A DNA stretch of 60,566 nt, filler included. It is 4 parts of 4 records of this genome, joined end to end, with 100 filler letters (N's around TTAATTAATTAA, not from the genome) between each part and the next. Parts side by side here need not be neighbours in the genome. Positions count along the whole stretch, not along the records: positions 25,815 to 53,724 come from SRR20825019_2007; 3 more parts are not named here. The stretch is one strand, 5' to 3'. Numbering within the stretch: the first letter of the stretch is position 1; each line of letters opens with the position of its first letter. Under the pieces are notes generated by a model. It had not been told where the DNA came from and ran no database searches. It saw only the letters and a list, made by a program, of their open reading frames with translations. Both the position numbers and the translations under genes were made by a program. This document shows, piece by piece, positions 40,794 through 50,624 of this stretch.

Positions 40794-42080
40794 TCAGCCG
40801 ATTTCACGGTGCAAATCAGGGAAGTAGAGCGGGGCGCTCAGCGCGAGTCCGTCGGCGACGCTGGTGAACTCGCCACCGTCACGAATGCGGTCGGCACCGA
40901 AGCGCTGGTCGAATTCATTTCTCAACCCGCGGATCATCGAGGTGCCACCGGTGAGGAAGACGGTTTCGATGCTGGCGTGATCCAATTTCGCATCACTCAT
41001 GAATGAATCGAGGCGGCCGATGATCTGCCCGGTGAGCTCGGCGGTGTTGGCATTAAACTCGGCCAAGGTAATCTGTTCATCGATTTGAATCTCGGGATGC
41101 GTGAAATGGATCTGACCGGTGTCCTCGGAGGTTAACTCGATCTTGGCGCGTTCGATGACTTGGAAGAGTGCGAACCCCTGGTTCTTTTTGATCAATGCCT
41201 CAAGTCGGTCAAAGCCCTGTGGATTATCGGAGAGTTTGGCCATCCGCCAGATCAGATCGAGTTTCTTGGCGTTACGTAGGAAGACGATCTGATCCCATTG
41301 GCAGATTTGACGGTGGAGCGTATCGGGCACTTCGATTTGTTTGCCCCAGCTCTCATAGGTCGCGCCGCGACCGAAGAGTGGGGTGAGTTTGTGCCACATG
41401 GTGGCCGAATCATATTTGTTACCGGCGACGGGAATACCACCGGTGGCGAGAATGTCGGAAGCCCGATCAATAAGGCCCTGCCGTTTCGGATCGAGTTGCA
41501 CCACGGTAAAGTCGGAAGTGCCTCCGCCGAAGTCGCCCACCAGCACTCGCTCGGGTCGATCAATCCGGGCTTCATAAGCGAAGGCGGCCGCGATCGGTTC
41601 GTATTGAAAATGAATTTCTTCAAAACCCGCGAGCTCGGCGGCTCGACACAGTCGGTCCTGGGCAAGTTGATCGTCGTCAGGATCGGACGAAAAGATGGCC
41701 GGACGTCCCATGACGACGCGTTTCACGTCCTGACGAGTGATGTTGTCCGCCTTGGCTTTCAGATAGCGCAGAAAAACCGCGATGAGATCCTCCAGCTGAT
41801 AGACCTCGTTGTTGACGATCGTCTGCTCGAAGGTGCGGTTGGGAAGGATGCTCTTGATGGCCTGAAAGAAGCGCCCCCGCATCTCGTCCTGCACGTAGCG
41901 TTGCTTGGCCGCATCGCCGATGATCGGCGGATCTTTGGAGAGCGTGTAAGGGAAATACATGAACGACGATTCCACGTCGGCGATGCGTGGATCGCGGACG
42001 AGCGCACGTGCTTCAGCATCCCAAATGGTGATGGCAGAATTGCTGGTGCCGAAATCGATTCCGTAAACGAAGGTGCTCAT
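40794..42080 (-). CDS. Hsp70-family protein, YegD-like
   Basis: GIDFGTSNS, EPIAAA, DFGGGTSDF, LTGGTS; no DnaK substrate-binding domain; start moved to MSTFVY. Confidence 0.88.
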   Translation of the reverse strand: MSTFVYGIDFGTSNSAITIWDAEARALVRDPRIADVESSFMYFPYTLSKDPPIIGDAAKQRYVQDEMRGRFFQAIKSILPNRTFEQTIVNNEVYQLEDLIAVFLRYLKAKADNITRQDVKRVVMGRPAIFSSDPDDDQLAQDRLCRAAELAGFEEIHFQYEPIAAAFAYEARIDRPERVLVGDFGGGTSDFTVVQLDPKRQGLIDRASDILATGGIPVAGNKYDSATMWHKLTPLFGRGATYESWGKQIEVPDTLHRQICQWDQIVFLRNAKKLDLIWRMAKLSDNPQGFDRLEALIKKNQGFALFQVIERAKIELTSEDTGQIHFTHPEIQIDEQITLAEFNANTAELTGQIIGRLDSFMSDAKLDHASIETVFLTGGTSMIRGLRNEFDQRFGADRIRDGGEFTSVADGLALSAPLYFPDLHREIG

Positions 42081-42269
42081 GGGGTGCGGGGCATGCGCTG
42101 CACGCATGCGGAGATGGGAGTTCGAAGAAGGGAGATGGGGACAGCGAGATGCGCGACCCGAAAGGAGCTGAGAGTCAATTGGCACCTGGCTCGGAAATCG
42201 AGGGGCGAGGAGGCCAACGCACCTCAACGCGACCCGCAACAGGAATTTCCGGAATGAATGGAATAGATC

Positions 42270-42662
42270 TCAGTCGAGACAATTGATGACTTCCAATCCG
42301 GGGATGTTTCGGAAATGCGCATCACGAGTGAGCAGAGTGGCCCCGGCCTGCAATGCGGTGGCGGCGATGAGGAGATCCTGAGCGGGAATAACCCGTCCCT
42401 GTCGGTCGAGAGACCACGCGAGTTGCATGGCGCGCTCCCAGACGAGATTGGGAGTAGGCAGAAATATCATGACGCCGAAACGTTCCCTGATTCGCTTTAA
42501 TTGTCGGGGGTTCCGGATACCGCGGCAGACCTCTAGCATCACCATCCCGCACGTGACAAATTCCCATTGATCGAAAAAGCGGGAAAAATATTGGAATGGA
42601 TCGATCCCCGCCCTAATCGCTTCGATATAGATATTACTGTCCGGTAGGATCTGGTTTCCCAT
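42270..42662 (-). CDS. vapC: PIN-domain toxin (VapC family)
   Basis: ILPDSNIYI, LEV, DLLIAATA, TRDAHF. Confidence 0.88.
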   Translation of the reverse strand: MGNQILPDSNIYIEAIRAGIDPFQYFSRFFDQWEFVTCGMVMLEVCRGIRNPRQLKRIRERFGVMIFLPTPNLVWERAMQLAWSLDRQGRVIPAQDLLIAATALQAGATLLTRDAHFRNIPGLEVINCLD

Positions 42663-42903
42663 AGGTTTCCTGATCTTCGGCTGCGTTTAAACCATGGTCA
42701 TCGTAGATGAGGGAGGCGGGATCGTAAGCGTTGCGCAACTCCTCGGGAGACAGGCCCATCCCAGCGCTGAACAGTTCCTTCATCTTGTGGCGACGCGCCA
42801 TCTCGTTGAGAGCGATTTTGACTGCAGCGGTTTTCGTCTTGGCTCCGGTAATCGTCATGACGCGATCCAAGACATCTTCGTCAATGTGCATGGTCATTTT
42901 CAT
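42634..42903 (-). CDS. vapB: VapB-family antitoxin
   Basis: MKMTMHIDEDVL...TKTAAVKIAL; overlaps the PIN gene by 29 nt. Confidence 0.85.
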   Translation of the reverse strand: MKMTMHIDEDVLDRVMTITGAKTKTAAVKIALNEMARRHKMKELFSAGMGLSPEELRNAYDPASLIYDDHGLNAAEDQETYGKPDPTGQ

Positions 42904-42912
42904 AATAGAGCT

Positions 42913-42968
42913 AAGATATGGCCATTATGCCATACTTCAAGGAAGTAGTATGGTTCGATTGCCATACT
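42913..42968 (-). promoter_or_regulatory. Candidate vapBC promoter with two operators
   Basis: TATGG-N8-CCATA at 42917-42934 and 42949-42966; TTGAAG-16-TATCTT on minus strand brackets the first. Confidence 0.65.
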
Positions 42969-43106
42969 CATGAGATTGGCCTAAAACGAGGTTCAAATAT
43001 CGCCCGGAAAGCGCAAAAATATGAAGTCAACTAATAGATGACAAACAATCGTTTGTCGTTGGATTAAAATAGGTTGGTGTGGTTAGAAATTGGGTCAGGT
43101 GGCACG

Positions 43107-43137
43107 AAAAAGCCGCCGTCCCGGTGGGCGGCGGCTT
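43107..43137 (-). terminator. htpG intrinsic terminator
   Basis: Minus strand AAGCCGCCGCCC-ACCG-GGACGGCGGC-TTTTT. Confidence 0.8.
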
Positions 43138-43161
43138 GGGTGAATCGAGGCTGAATCCGGA

Positions 43162-45003
43162 TCAGACGGTTTCGAGCAGCTTATACATGCGCTGCACCAT
43201 CGGCGTGGCGTCTTCGAGGAGGCCCGCGCTAATGAGGGCGTTGTCGAGGATCTGACCGGCGACGAGGCCCGCCTTTTCAGGATCAGCGCCTGAAAGATCG
43301 TAGACGCGTTTCATGAGGGCGGCGCGCGGGTTGATTTCGAGTTTCACCTTCAACGGGGTGTCTTCGCCATCCTTGTTCATCGCCTTCATCATTTGGCGCA
43401 TCTGGGGCGTCATGAACTGATCGGCGTTGAGGGCGAGGGCAGGGGAATCGACGAGACGTTCGCTGGATTTCACTTCTTCGACGCGATCACCGAGGGTTTC
43501 CTTGAGCCATTTGGTGAGCTTCTCGACTTCATCTTTCGAGAGCGCCCCTTCGGGTTGATCGAGCTCGGAGAGATCGACATCGGAGGAATTTGCTGCCTTG
43601 AGGTTCTTGCTGTCGAACTCGCGCACGTTGGTCATCACGTAGTCATCAACCGCTTCATAGCAGAACAGGACTTCGAGATTCCGGGCCTTGAAGGCTTCGA
43701 GATAAGGACCGCTTTCGATCGAGGCGCGATTAGGCCCGACGAGGTAGTAAATTTCCTTTTGCTCCTCGCCCATACGGGAAACATAGTCGGCGAGCGACGT
43801 GGTCTTACCTTTTTCGGTGAGCGATGATTCGAATCGGAGCAGCTTGATGAGCTGATCCTTGTGAGTGAAGTCCATCGCGGCGCCTTCCTTGAGGAAGATA
43901 CCGAACTCTTTGTAGAACTCGTTGTAGCCCTCGACGCGGTTCTTGGCCTCGTCTTCGAGGAACTTGAGAAAGCGCTTGGTGATGACCTTGTTGAGCTTAT
44001 CGATGAGGGCTTTATCCTGCATCGTCTCACGCGAGATATTGAGCGGAAGGTCTTCGCTATCGACGACGCCCTTAAGGAAACGCAGCCACTCGGGCAGGAG
44101 ATCCTTCGGCTTGGCGTCGATCATCACTTTGCGGCAGTAGAGCGAAACACTGGGCTCGAGGCGGGAGAATCCCATTTTTTCGCTGTTGCTCTGCGGCACG
44201 AAAAGGAGGGCGTTGATCGCGAGAGGCGCGTCGGCCGAGAAGTGCAGGCGCAGACGCGGATCGTCGTGAGCGTGGGCCTGGAATTTGTAGAACTCCGTGT
44301 ATTCCTCTTCCTTGATCTCGTTTTTGCTGCGCAGCCAGAGAGCGGTGACGGTATTGACGTGTTTGTCGTTGAGCTTGATCGGGAACGAAACAAACGCGCT
44401 GTAACGCTCGAGGATGTCCTTGATCGTGCCATCTTTGGCGTAGTCCTTATCGTCTTCCTTGAGGCTGATGACGATCTTGGTGCCGCGTTGCAGATCGGTG
44501 CTTTCCTCGACTTCATAGCTGCCGGATCCGTCGCTCGACCAGACGTGGCCGACTTCGTCCTGCTTCCACGAGCGTGAGTAAACCTTGACGGAATCGGCGA
44601 CCATGAAGGCCGAATAGAAACCGACACCGAACTGGCCGATGAGGTTGTCGTTCTTGGCGCCACCTTCCTTGAGGGCGGTAAGAAACGCTTTGGAACCGGA
44701 GTGGGCGATCGTGCCGAGATTCTCAACGAGCTCATCACGCGTCATCCCGATGCCGAAATCCTGAATCGTGATGGTGTTGGCCTTCTCGTCGGTGGAAACG
44801 CTGATCTCCAGCTCAAGCTTGTCGTCGGCGATTTCCTGCTCGGTGATCTGCGTGTGACGCAGCTTTTCCAGCGCATCGGACGCGTTGGAAACGAGTTCGC
44901 GGACGAAGATCTCCTTTTCCGTGTAGAGGGAGTGAATAACGATATCGAGCAGCTGCTTGATCTCAGCCTGGAACTCGAACTTCTGTGGTGTGGTTTTGGA
45001 CAT
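43162..45003 (-). CDS. htpG: Chaperone HtpG (Hsp90)
   Basis: [57 protein letters not shown]. Confidence 0.97.
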   Translation of the reverse strand: MSKTTPQKFEFQAEIKQLLDIVIHSLYTEKEIFVRELVSNASDALEKLRHTQITEQEIADDKLELEISVSTDEKANTITIQDFGIGMTRDELVENLGTIAHSGSKAFLTALKEGGAKNDNLIGQFGVGFYSAFMVADSVKVYSRSWKQDEVGHVWSSDGSGSYEVEESTDLQRGTKIVISLKEDDKDYAKDGTIKDILERYSAFVSFPIKLNDKHVNTVTALWLRSKNEIKEEEYTEFYKFQAHAHDDPRLRLHFSADAPLAINALLFVPQSNSEKMGFSRLEPSVSLYCRKVMIDAKPKDLLPEWLRFLKGVVDSEDLPLNISRETMQDKALIDKLNKVITKRFLKFLEDEAKNRVEGYNEFYKEFGIFLKEGAAMDFTHKDQLIKLLRFESSLTEKGKTTSLADYVSRMGEEQKEIYYLVGPNRASIESGPYLEAFKARNLEVLFCYEAVDDYVMTNVREFDSKNLKAANSSDVDLSELDQPEGALSKDEVEKLTKWLKETLGDRVEEVKSSERLVDSPALALNADQFMTPQMRQMMKAMNKDGEDTPLKVKLEINPRAALMKRVYDLSGADPEKAGLVAGQILDNALISAGLLEDATPMVQRMYKLLETV

Positions 45004-45075
45004 GTGTGTAAAGTGAGGAAATGCAGTTAAAGAGCCCTTGCGGAAAAATCAAGTAGTCGCAATTTTAGCGAGCCT

Positions 45076-47082
45076 ATGACGGTTAAGTCTCTCTGCACAC
45101 ATGCCGGTAGATACGTCCGTAGGGGAGTTGTTTTTGCCTTAAGTTTTGTTGCGGCGGGACAGGTAGTGAAGGCGAACCCTGATCCGCATCTGGGCAAAGA
45201 TCCCTTTCGGATGATCAATTGGGAGCTCATTTCGGCTGTAGATAAAGGGCTCAAGACTATGGCGATTCACGACGCGAGGTATCTGGCTGCTATTTATGCT
45301 CAGAGTGACCGGCAACGATTTCCCGGAATCGTAACATTGGGTCGAACACTAACAGAGCGATTAGAGGACTCGGATAAGCCATTGGACTTTGAGAAATGGG
45401 TTTCTCGTAATCCGGATTTTTGGCGGGCGGAACGTGAGCTAAATTTTGCGGATGTAAGTCTCCCCTATTTTGTAGCGATGCTCTCTGTCCTGAGTGGTGA
45501 TCAACTTACGGCGATTCGATTACTCAGCATCTCGCAAGCAAGCATGCCGTTCACACCAAGCGTCAGAAGGGCCTATGCAAGACCAGAATCTTTGCTTAAG
45601 TATCAGAGTTACCTAATGCTGAGCGGAACGGGGGCTCCACGACAGTGGCAGACTGTTGCTCTTTGCGATTATTCGGAATGGATGCTCACCCAGCGAATTA
45701 GGCAATGGCCTAAGCAGGTGGAGATATTGGCTCATTTGATTGAAGTAGTCAGCCAGCGTGTCCGCTTACAAAATCCCGAGGGGAATTATCCCGAGAAAAC
45801 GCTCATCGAATGTATGAATCTGTCATCTGAGGATGTCGCTTTTATTGGTGAACAAGATCCGATATTGCTTCCTGCCCTCGATTCAGACATTGGGGTCTGG
45901 CTTCGCTCTGAATCATTGATGCAGCGATGGCTTCGTTGGTTGGATCATGATGAACCGGCAGAGGTTGAAGAAATTGAAGACATGATTGATCAGTATCAAT
46001 CAAATGGGCGGATGGATGTAGCTTGGTTGTTATGGAGACAGAAGCTGGTCCTCAATCCACTTGTCAGCGAACAAGAATCACAACGATGGAAATTATGGTG
46101 CCAAGGATTGATCGGTGAGGAAGCTACGCGTCATCTGATTGAAAGCATCCGGATTAATCCATTCGCCGGTTTAGCAAATCTGATGGTTCCATATGACGAG
46201 AAGAGTGAAGGTTGGTCAGGCGATCAGGAGATTCACCCGATGTTGGTCGTTCAGGTGGAACGTCAGTTGGCCATGATTGATACTTCGCTTCGTCTAATTA
46301 AATTGCCGCCTATCCAAGAAATTAAAATGCGGTCAGCACGCACGGGTATTCTCACTTCGATTGGTGCGTTTCAAGGTGCCCGTGAGGAATTGAATAAGAT
46401 GAGAAGTCTCTTCTTTTCATCAAGGCTCAGTGCAAAGGACTTCACTGAGCTGAAATATACCATCGATGAATTGAATGCATCGTTGCTCGAGGAGTCAGGG
46501 GACTACGAAGCAGCGGGAAAGATATTCGAAGGACTGATGGCTGAACAACCTACGATTGAAGTCAGACGCCGCTATGCGAGATTTGAACACACCACTCAAG
46601 ATTACGAGGTTGCTCGTAAAGTATACCTTGAACTGGCGGAACGTGATACAGATCCCGAGTATACTGTTTATTGGCCTTTAATGGCACATCTATCGGCCTT
46701 AAGGATGGGAAGTGATGAGAGAGCTGCCCTGCAATCTTATCGAGGGAAAGTGGTGAAAGATTCCTGGATAGATTATGGCTACAGATACCTCCTAGGAGAG
46801 TTGAGCGAAGAGGTGCTATTGAAAAGAGCCAAGGTTGGCACGCTCTACGATGTGATCCAACAGCAATGCGAGGCTTCCTTCTGGATCGCTCAGGTGGCGT
46901 TGGCGGAAGGTGACGAAGAAAAAGGAATACTCTGGTTACGCCGATGTGTGTCCACTGGCTATTCCATGTTTGTTGAGTATGAGATAGCTCAAGCTGAGCT
47001 GAAGCGCTTTGAGGCATTGCGTCCGGACGAAGGCCCGAAGGAGAAGCCGAAACGCAATTACCGCGGGAACCTGGCAGCTTAA
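45076..47082 (+). CDS. Hypothetical helical/TPR protein with signal peptide and NlpI-like C-terminus
   Basis: 668-aa ORF; hydrophobic N-terminus; C-terminal CEASFWIAQ...FVEYEIAQAEL recalls NlpI. Confidence 0.65.
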   Translation: MTVKSLCTHAGRYVRRGVVFALSFVAAGQVVKANPDPHLGKDPFRMINWELISAVDKGLKTMAIHDARYLAAIYAQSDRQRFPGIVTLGRTLTERLEDSDKPLDFEKWVSRNPDFWRAERELNFADVSLPYFVAMLSVLSGDQLTAIRLLSISQASMPFTPSVRRAYARPESLLKYQSYLMLSGTGAPRQWQTVALCDYSEWMLTQRIRQWPKQVEILAHLIEVVSQRVRLQNPEGNYPEKTLIECMNLSSEDVAFIGEQDPILLPALDSDIGVWLRSESLMQRWLRWLDHDEPAEVEEIEDMIDQYQSNGRMDVAWLLWRQKLVLNPLVSEQESQRWKLWCQGLIGEEATRHLIESIRINPFAGLANLMVPYDEKSEGWSGDQEIHPMLVVQVERQLAMIDTSLRLIKLPPIQEIKMRSARTGILTSIGAFQGAREELNKMRSLFFSSRLSAKDFTELKYTIDELNASLLEESGDYEAAGKIFEGLMAEQPTIEVRRRYARFEHTTQDYEVARKVYLELAERDTDPEYTVYWPLMAHLSALRMGSDERAALQSYRGKVVKDSWIDYGYRYLLGELSEEVLLKRAKVGTLYDVIQQQCEASFWIAQVALAEGDEEKGILWLRRCVSTGYSMFVEYEIAQAELKRFEALRPDEGPKEKPKRNYRGNLAA

Positions 47083-47111
47083 ATTTTAGGCCAGCTAAAT
47101 TGAATCTGCAT

Positions 47112-48041
47112 CTAAGAACTTCGTTCGACCCGTTTCGCTCCCTGAGGATGTCCCCCGGGGCCCCAGCCGTCGGTGCGGGTGGATTCGCGGGTGAGGGGGT
47201 GAAATGCGAATTCGATGCCTTCAGGGGTGACGGTAAATACTTGGAATCCCAAGGCGTCATCGCCATCGGGCCAGCGGTCACCGAATTGCTTCATGGCGGT
47301 TGAGGCGCCTTTGATATAAGTGATGCCATCGATGGTGGCGGGAGGACGGCGGCAATGAATATGTCCGCTCAGGACATGGGTCACACCGGCAGCCTGATAA
47401 GTCTCGATGAGTTTTTTGCGCGGTTCGGGATCCACGCCGAAATACCACGCGAGGTATTCATCGGGCTTGGTGATGTTGTATTGGCGTTCATCAATATTAT
47501 CCACGAACAACGGATAGTGGTTGAGCATGATGTGGTGATCGGCTTTGGGGAGTTCACCCAGCTCGGCGAGAAACTGATCGAGCTCTAAGGCGGAGGGCAA
47601 AGCAGTGTCTTTGATGATTTCATAGCAACCGCTGAAACGAATTCCGCGATGGGTAAATGTCCAGGGGAAGGGCGCGGCCTGATCCTTGAAAATTTGGAGG
47701 TTCTCCTCGGTGATGTTCAGCTGGGTGTCTTTGCGGTCCGGTTGGGCGCCATCGCGATCGGTGATCTTGTTGCCGGTGTCCATGTTTCCGGGGATGAGAT
47801 GCCACGGAATGCCGAGCGTGTTGAGTTGGGCGATGCTGTTGGCGAATTGCTCGGGCTCGGTGTCGCCATCGCGGGTGATATCACCGCCGACGAGCACGAG
47901 GTCCGGTTTCAGGGCTTTGATCTGGGCGGCGGCGGTTTCCCATTGTTCATTCCAAGCGGGGGCGAATCGATATGATTTTGGCGATCCAATATGGATGTCG
48001 GTAATGTGAACGAATTTCCAAGTGTCGTGATTCTCGGGCAT
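47112..48041 (-). CDS. Calcineurin-like metallophosphoesterase
   Basis: HITDIH, GGD, PGNMD, NHYP, SGHIH; start moved to MPENHD. Confidence 0.87.
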   Translation of the reverse strand: MPENHDTWKFVHITDIHIGSPKSYRFAPAWNEQWETAAAQIKALKPDLVLVGGDITRDGDTEPEQFANSIAQLNTLGIPWHLIPGNMDTGNKITDRDGAQPDRKDTQLNITEENLQIFKDQAAPFPWTFTHRGIRFSGCYEIIKDTALPSALELDQFLAELGELPKADHHIMLNHYPLFVDNIDERQYNITKPDEYLAWYFGVDPEPRKKLIETYQAAGVTHVLSGHIHCRRPPATIDGITYIKGASTAMKQFGDRWPDGDDALGFQVFTVTPEGIEFAFHPLTRESTRTDGWGPGGHPQGAKRVERSS

Positions 48042-48128
48042 GAGATAGCGGAGCGGGTTAAGTGTGAGGGTGGCTACTAATACGACGGACAGAATCGCCA
48101 ACGGGGTGTCGAATAAAATGGGAAATGT

Positions 48129-48500
48129 TCAGTTGTGCTTCGTCGTGGTGCCCTTGTAGGTGACTTCAATCAGTTTGAGATTCTGTTGATCGGTGATCTC
48201 GAAGATGACCTCGAATTTCCCGCCATCCCATACGTAGTCTTTGTGATACGAATCCCAGAACGCGTAGGCGGCATCTCCTTTTACGCGGATGCGCTGCCAG
48301 CCGGAAATTTTTTCGGCACTGCGGGCTTTGCCGACAAAGTTGGAGAGTCGACCCTTGCTTTGAATGATGTGCAGTTGCACTTCCCCGGGAGCGCTATCCT
48401 TGGCTTCGGCGATGAGTTGCTCATAATAACCCTCAGCGTGCGCCGGAGTGAGAAGCAGGATGAGGAGCCCGAGCAGGCAGGGGAGACGCAGGGATTTCAT
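48129..48500 (-). CDS. Secreted hypothetical protein
   Basis: Signal peptide ending AHA; 123 aa. Confidence 0.7.
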   Translation of the reverse strand: MKSLRLPCLLGLLILLLTPAHAEGYYEQLIAEAKDSAPGEVQLHIIQSKGRLSNFVGKARSAEKISGWQRIRVKGDAAYAFWDSYHKDYVWDGGKFEVIFEITDQQNLKLIEVTYKGTTTKHN

Positions 48501-48511
48501 GGGGATAAACT

Positions 48512-48544
48512 AAAAGGCCGGATATTTTATGCAAATATCCGGCC
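48512..48544 (-). terminator. Terminator after the NSS transporter and small-gene pair
   Basis: Minus strand GGCCGGATATTT-GCATA-AAATATCCGGCC-TTTT. Confidence 0.82.
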
Positions 48545-48562
48545 GTAATTAAAATAGGTGCT

Positions 48563-48724
48563 TCAACGCTGATCGATTTCGTCTTCGTCGATGGGTTCGA
48601 CGTGACCGAGCTGATGCTTGCCGTTGGCCTGTGGTCCGCGCAGCACACGGATAATGCAGAATAAGAACAGGGTCGTGACGAATCCGACCGAGAGAATCAT
48701 AGTGATCCAGCCTCCAGTTGTCAT
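48563..48724 (-). CDS. 53-aa single-TM protein, probable NSS transporter accessory subunit (not in the ORF track)
   Basis: MTTGGWITMILSVGFVTTLFLFCIIRVLRGPQANGKHQLGHVEPIDEDEIDQR; ATGA overlap with transporter stop; terminator follows. Confidence 0.8.
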   Translation of the reverse strand: MTTGGWITMILSVGFVTTLFLFCIIRVLRGPQANGKHQLGHVEPIDEDEIDQR

Positions 48725-50448
48725 AGTGATGCCTCCTTGTTTTCAAGTTGCTTCCGTTTTTCCCAATTTTTGCCAGCCAGGTTGATGAGGATCAGCGAAA
48801 AGATCGTCATGATGATAATCCATGCGACGCTGAGTCGTGAAACCATGTTGGGTGGCGTATCCTCGGAACCGAGCAGATCGCGCACGTAGCCAGTGGGATT
48901 GAATTGCGCGTCGCTAAAAGAGTAGTTCCAACCAAAGACATTTTGCAGGAGGAACATCCCGAAGATCGTCAGCAAAAACGCGGGGGTGACGTATTTGATG
49001 ATGACCTTGAAGATATTGGGAATGCGCATTTCCGCGCCTTCGTGAGCGATCTCCCAGCCTTTCTTAATCCCAAGTCCCCAACCGAAGATGATCACGAGGA
49101 TAGTGGCCTGAATGAAGAGCATCACGGTGCCGACCCAGAAATCGATCGTATCGAGTGCTTTCAAATCTTTGGAGAAATACCAAATGAAGAGCGTGCCGAT
49201 GCCGGTGACAAATCCGAGGAGGGCGACAGACTGCTTACGATTAATATTCAGCCCTTCTTCGAGGAACGCGATGCCCGGTTGCAGCATAGAGAGCGAACTG
49301 GTGATCGCGGCAAGGAAGAGGAGGAGGAAAAAGATCGAAGCGAAGATTTGTCCACCGGGCATGTGGGCAAATACTTCCGGCAACACGTTAAAGCCAAGTC
49401 CGAAGGTGCCTTGTCCGACAATGCCCGCGGCTCCGAGAAACATGAAGGCGGCCGGGACCGTAATCAAACCACCGAGCCCGACTTCGCAGAATTCGTTGGC
49501 CGATGAAGCGGTGAGGCCACTCAGCACGACATCGTCCTCTTTCTTCAAATAGCTGGCGTAGGTGATGATCACGCCGAAGCCGATCGAAAGCGAAAAGAAG
49601 ATCTGCCCGGCAGCTGCGAGCCAGAGCTGGGGGTTCATGAGGCTGAGCCAGAGATCGAGCTTCTTTTGGGAGAAACCTTCACCGATGTAGTTGGACGGAA
49701 TTGCCGCGGCATCGGGATATCGCGCGACTTCGACGCCGGCTGAGTCCAGCACGGCGACTGCCCCGGGATTCCATAAGTATCCCAGTCCCGTCATGATGTT
49801 CTGATCGGGCTTCATGGGATCGGGGGTGCCGAGCGTCATCACGCGCACCAGAATGATCAGTGCGATAAAGATCAGCGCCGGCATGGCAAATTTGCAGACC
49901 ATTTCGATCCCTTTGGAGATACCGCGATAGATGAAGAAGAAATTCAGGAAATAGACGAAGATCACGAAGATCCCGACTTCCTTGAGGCCGAACTTCAGGG
50001 CGACCCCATCGGCGGAAGCGCCGGTGAAGGTGCCAAAGAAATCCTGAAAATTGACGCCGGGGCCGGAGAGATTTCCGGTGATCGAATTAAGCGCGTAACC
50101 CAAGCACCAAGCTTCGATATACACGTAATACATGTAGATGCAGACCGGCACGATGAAGCCAATTACTCCGAGATATTTGGCCCAGGGCTTACTAAGAATA
50201 AGGTCGAAGATTCCGGAGGTGGAGTGAAAATTAGATTTACCACCGTGCCGTCCAATCGTCCATTCGACCCAGCAGATCGGAATCCCGATAAGCAGTAGTG
50301 AAATGAAGTAGGCGATCATGAATGCACCGCCTCCATATTGAGCGGCGAGACCAGGGAAGCGCAGGAAATTTCCCAACCCGACTGCGCTGCCAGCTACCGC
50401 GAGAATGACGCCGAGGCGTGAGCCCCAAGCTTCTTGTGCTTTTGCCAT
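48721..50448 (-). CDS. Sodium-dependent transporter, NSS (SLC6/LeuT) family
   Basis: WGSRLGVILAVAGSAVGLGNFLRFP, GGGAFMI, AAGQIFFSLSIG, AAITSSLSM. Confidence 0.94.
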   Translation of the reverse strand: MAKAQEAWGSRLGVILAVAGSAVGLGNFLRFPGLAAQYGGGAFMIAYFISLLLIGIPICWVEWTIGRHGGKSNFHSTSGIFDLILSKPWAKYLGVIGFIVPVCIYMYYVYIEAWCLGYALNSITGNLSGPGVNFQDFFGTFTGASADGVALKFGLKEVGIFVIFVYFLNFFFIYRGISKGIEMVCKFAMPALIFIALIILVRVMTLGTPDPMKPDQNIMTGLGYLWNPGAVAVLDSAGVEVARYPDAAAIPSNYIGEGFSQKKLDLWLSLMNPQLWLAAAGQIFFSLSIGFGVIITYASYLKKEDDVVLSGLTASSANEFCEVGLGGLITVPAAFMFLGAAGIVGQGTFGLGFNVLPEVFAHMPGGQIFASIFFLLLFLAAITSSLSMLQPGIAFLEEGLNINRKQSVALLGFVTGIGTLFIWYFSKDLKALDTIDFWVGTVMLFIQATILVIIFGWGLGIKKGWEIAHEGAEMRIPNIFKVIIKYVTPAFLLTIFGMFLLQNVFGWNYSFSDAQFNPTGYVRDLLGSEDTPPNMVSRLSVAWIIIMTIFSLILINLAGKNWEKRKQLENKEASL

Positions 50449-50624
50449 GGAAGGTGATGAAGAAGGGGATTGGGCCAACGGGCAAATCCCAAGTGAGTCT
50501 ATTTTCGGCCCTCTCGGGCAAGTCGGTGGCGTGTATTTGAATTTGCCATGCAGGAGGGGACGCGTCTGCGTAGCACGGATCGCATCAAGCGACCGACCGA
50601 GCCCCGCCTTTCAGTTTGTTGAAG

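Noticed and set aside
42949..42966. GGTTCGATT resembling a tRNA T-loop
   Set aside because: Loop is 8 nt with no cloverleaf around it; better explained as the second vapBC operator
43040..43057. GACAAAC-N4-GTTTGTC inverted repeat between htpG and vapB
   Set aside because: Single 7-bp palindrome with no supporting context
48549..48746. 65-aa ORF from the track downstream of the NSS gene
   Set aside because: Wrong frame; the 53-aa ORF at 48563-48724 has an ATGA overlap and a clear TM helix
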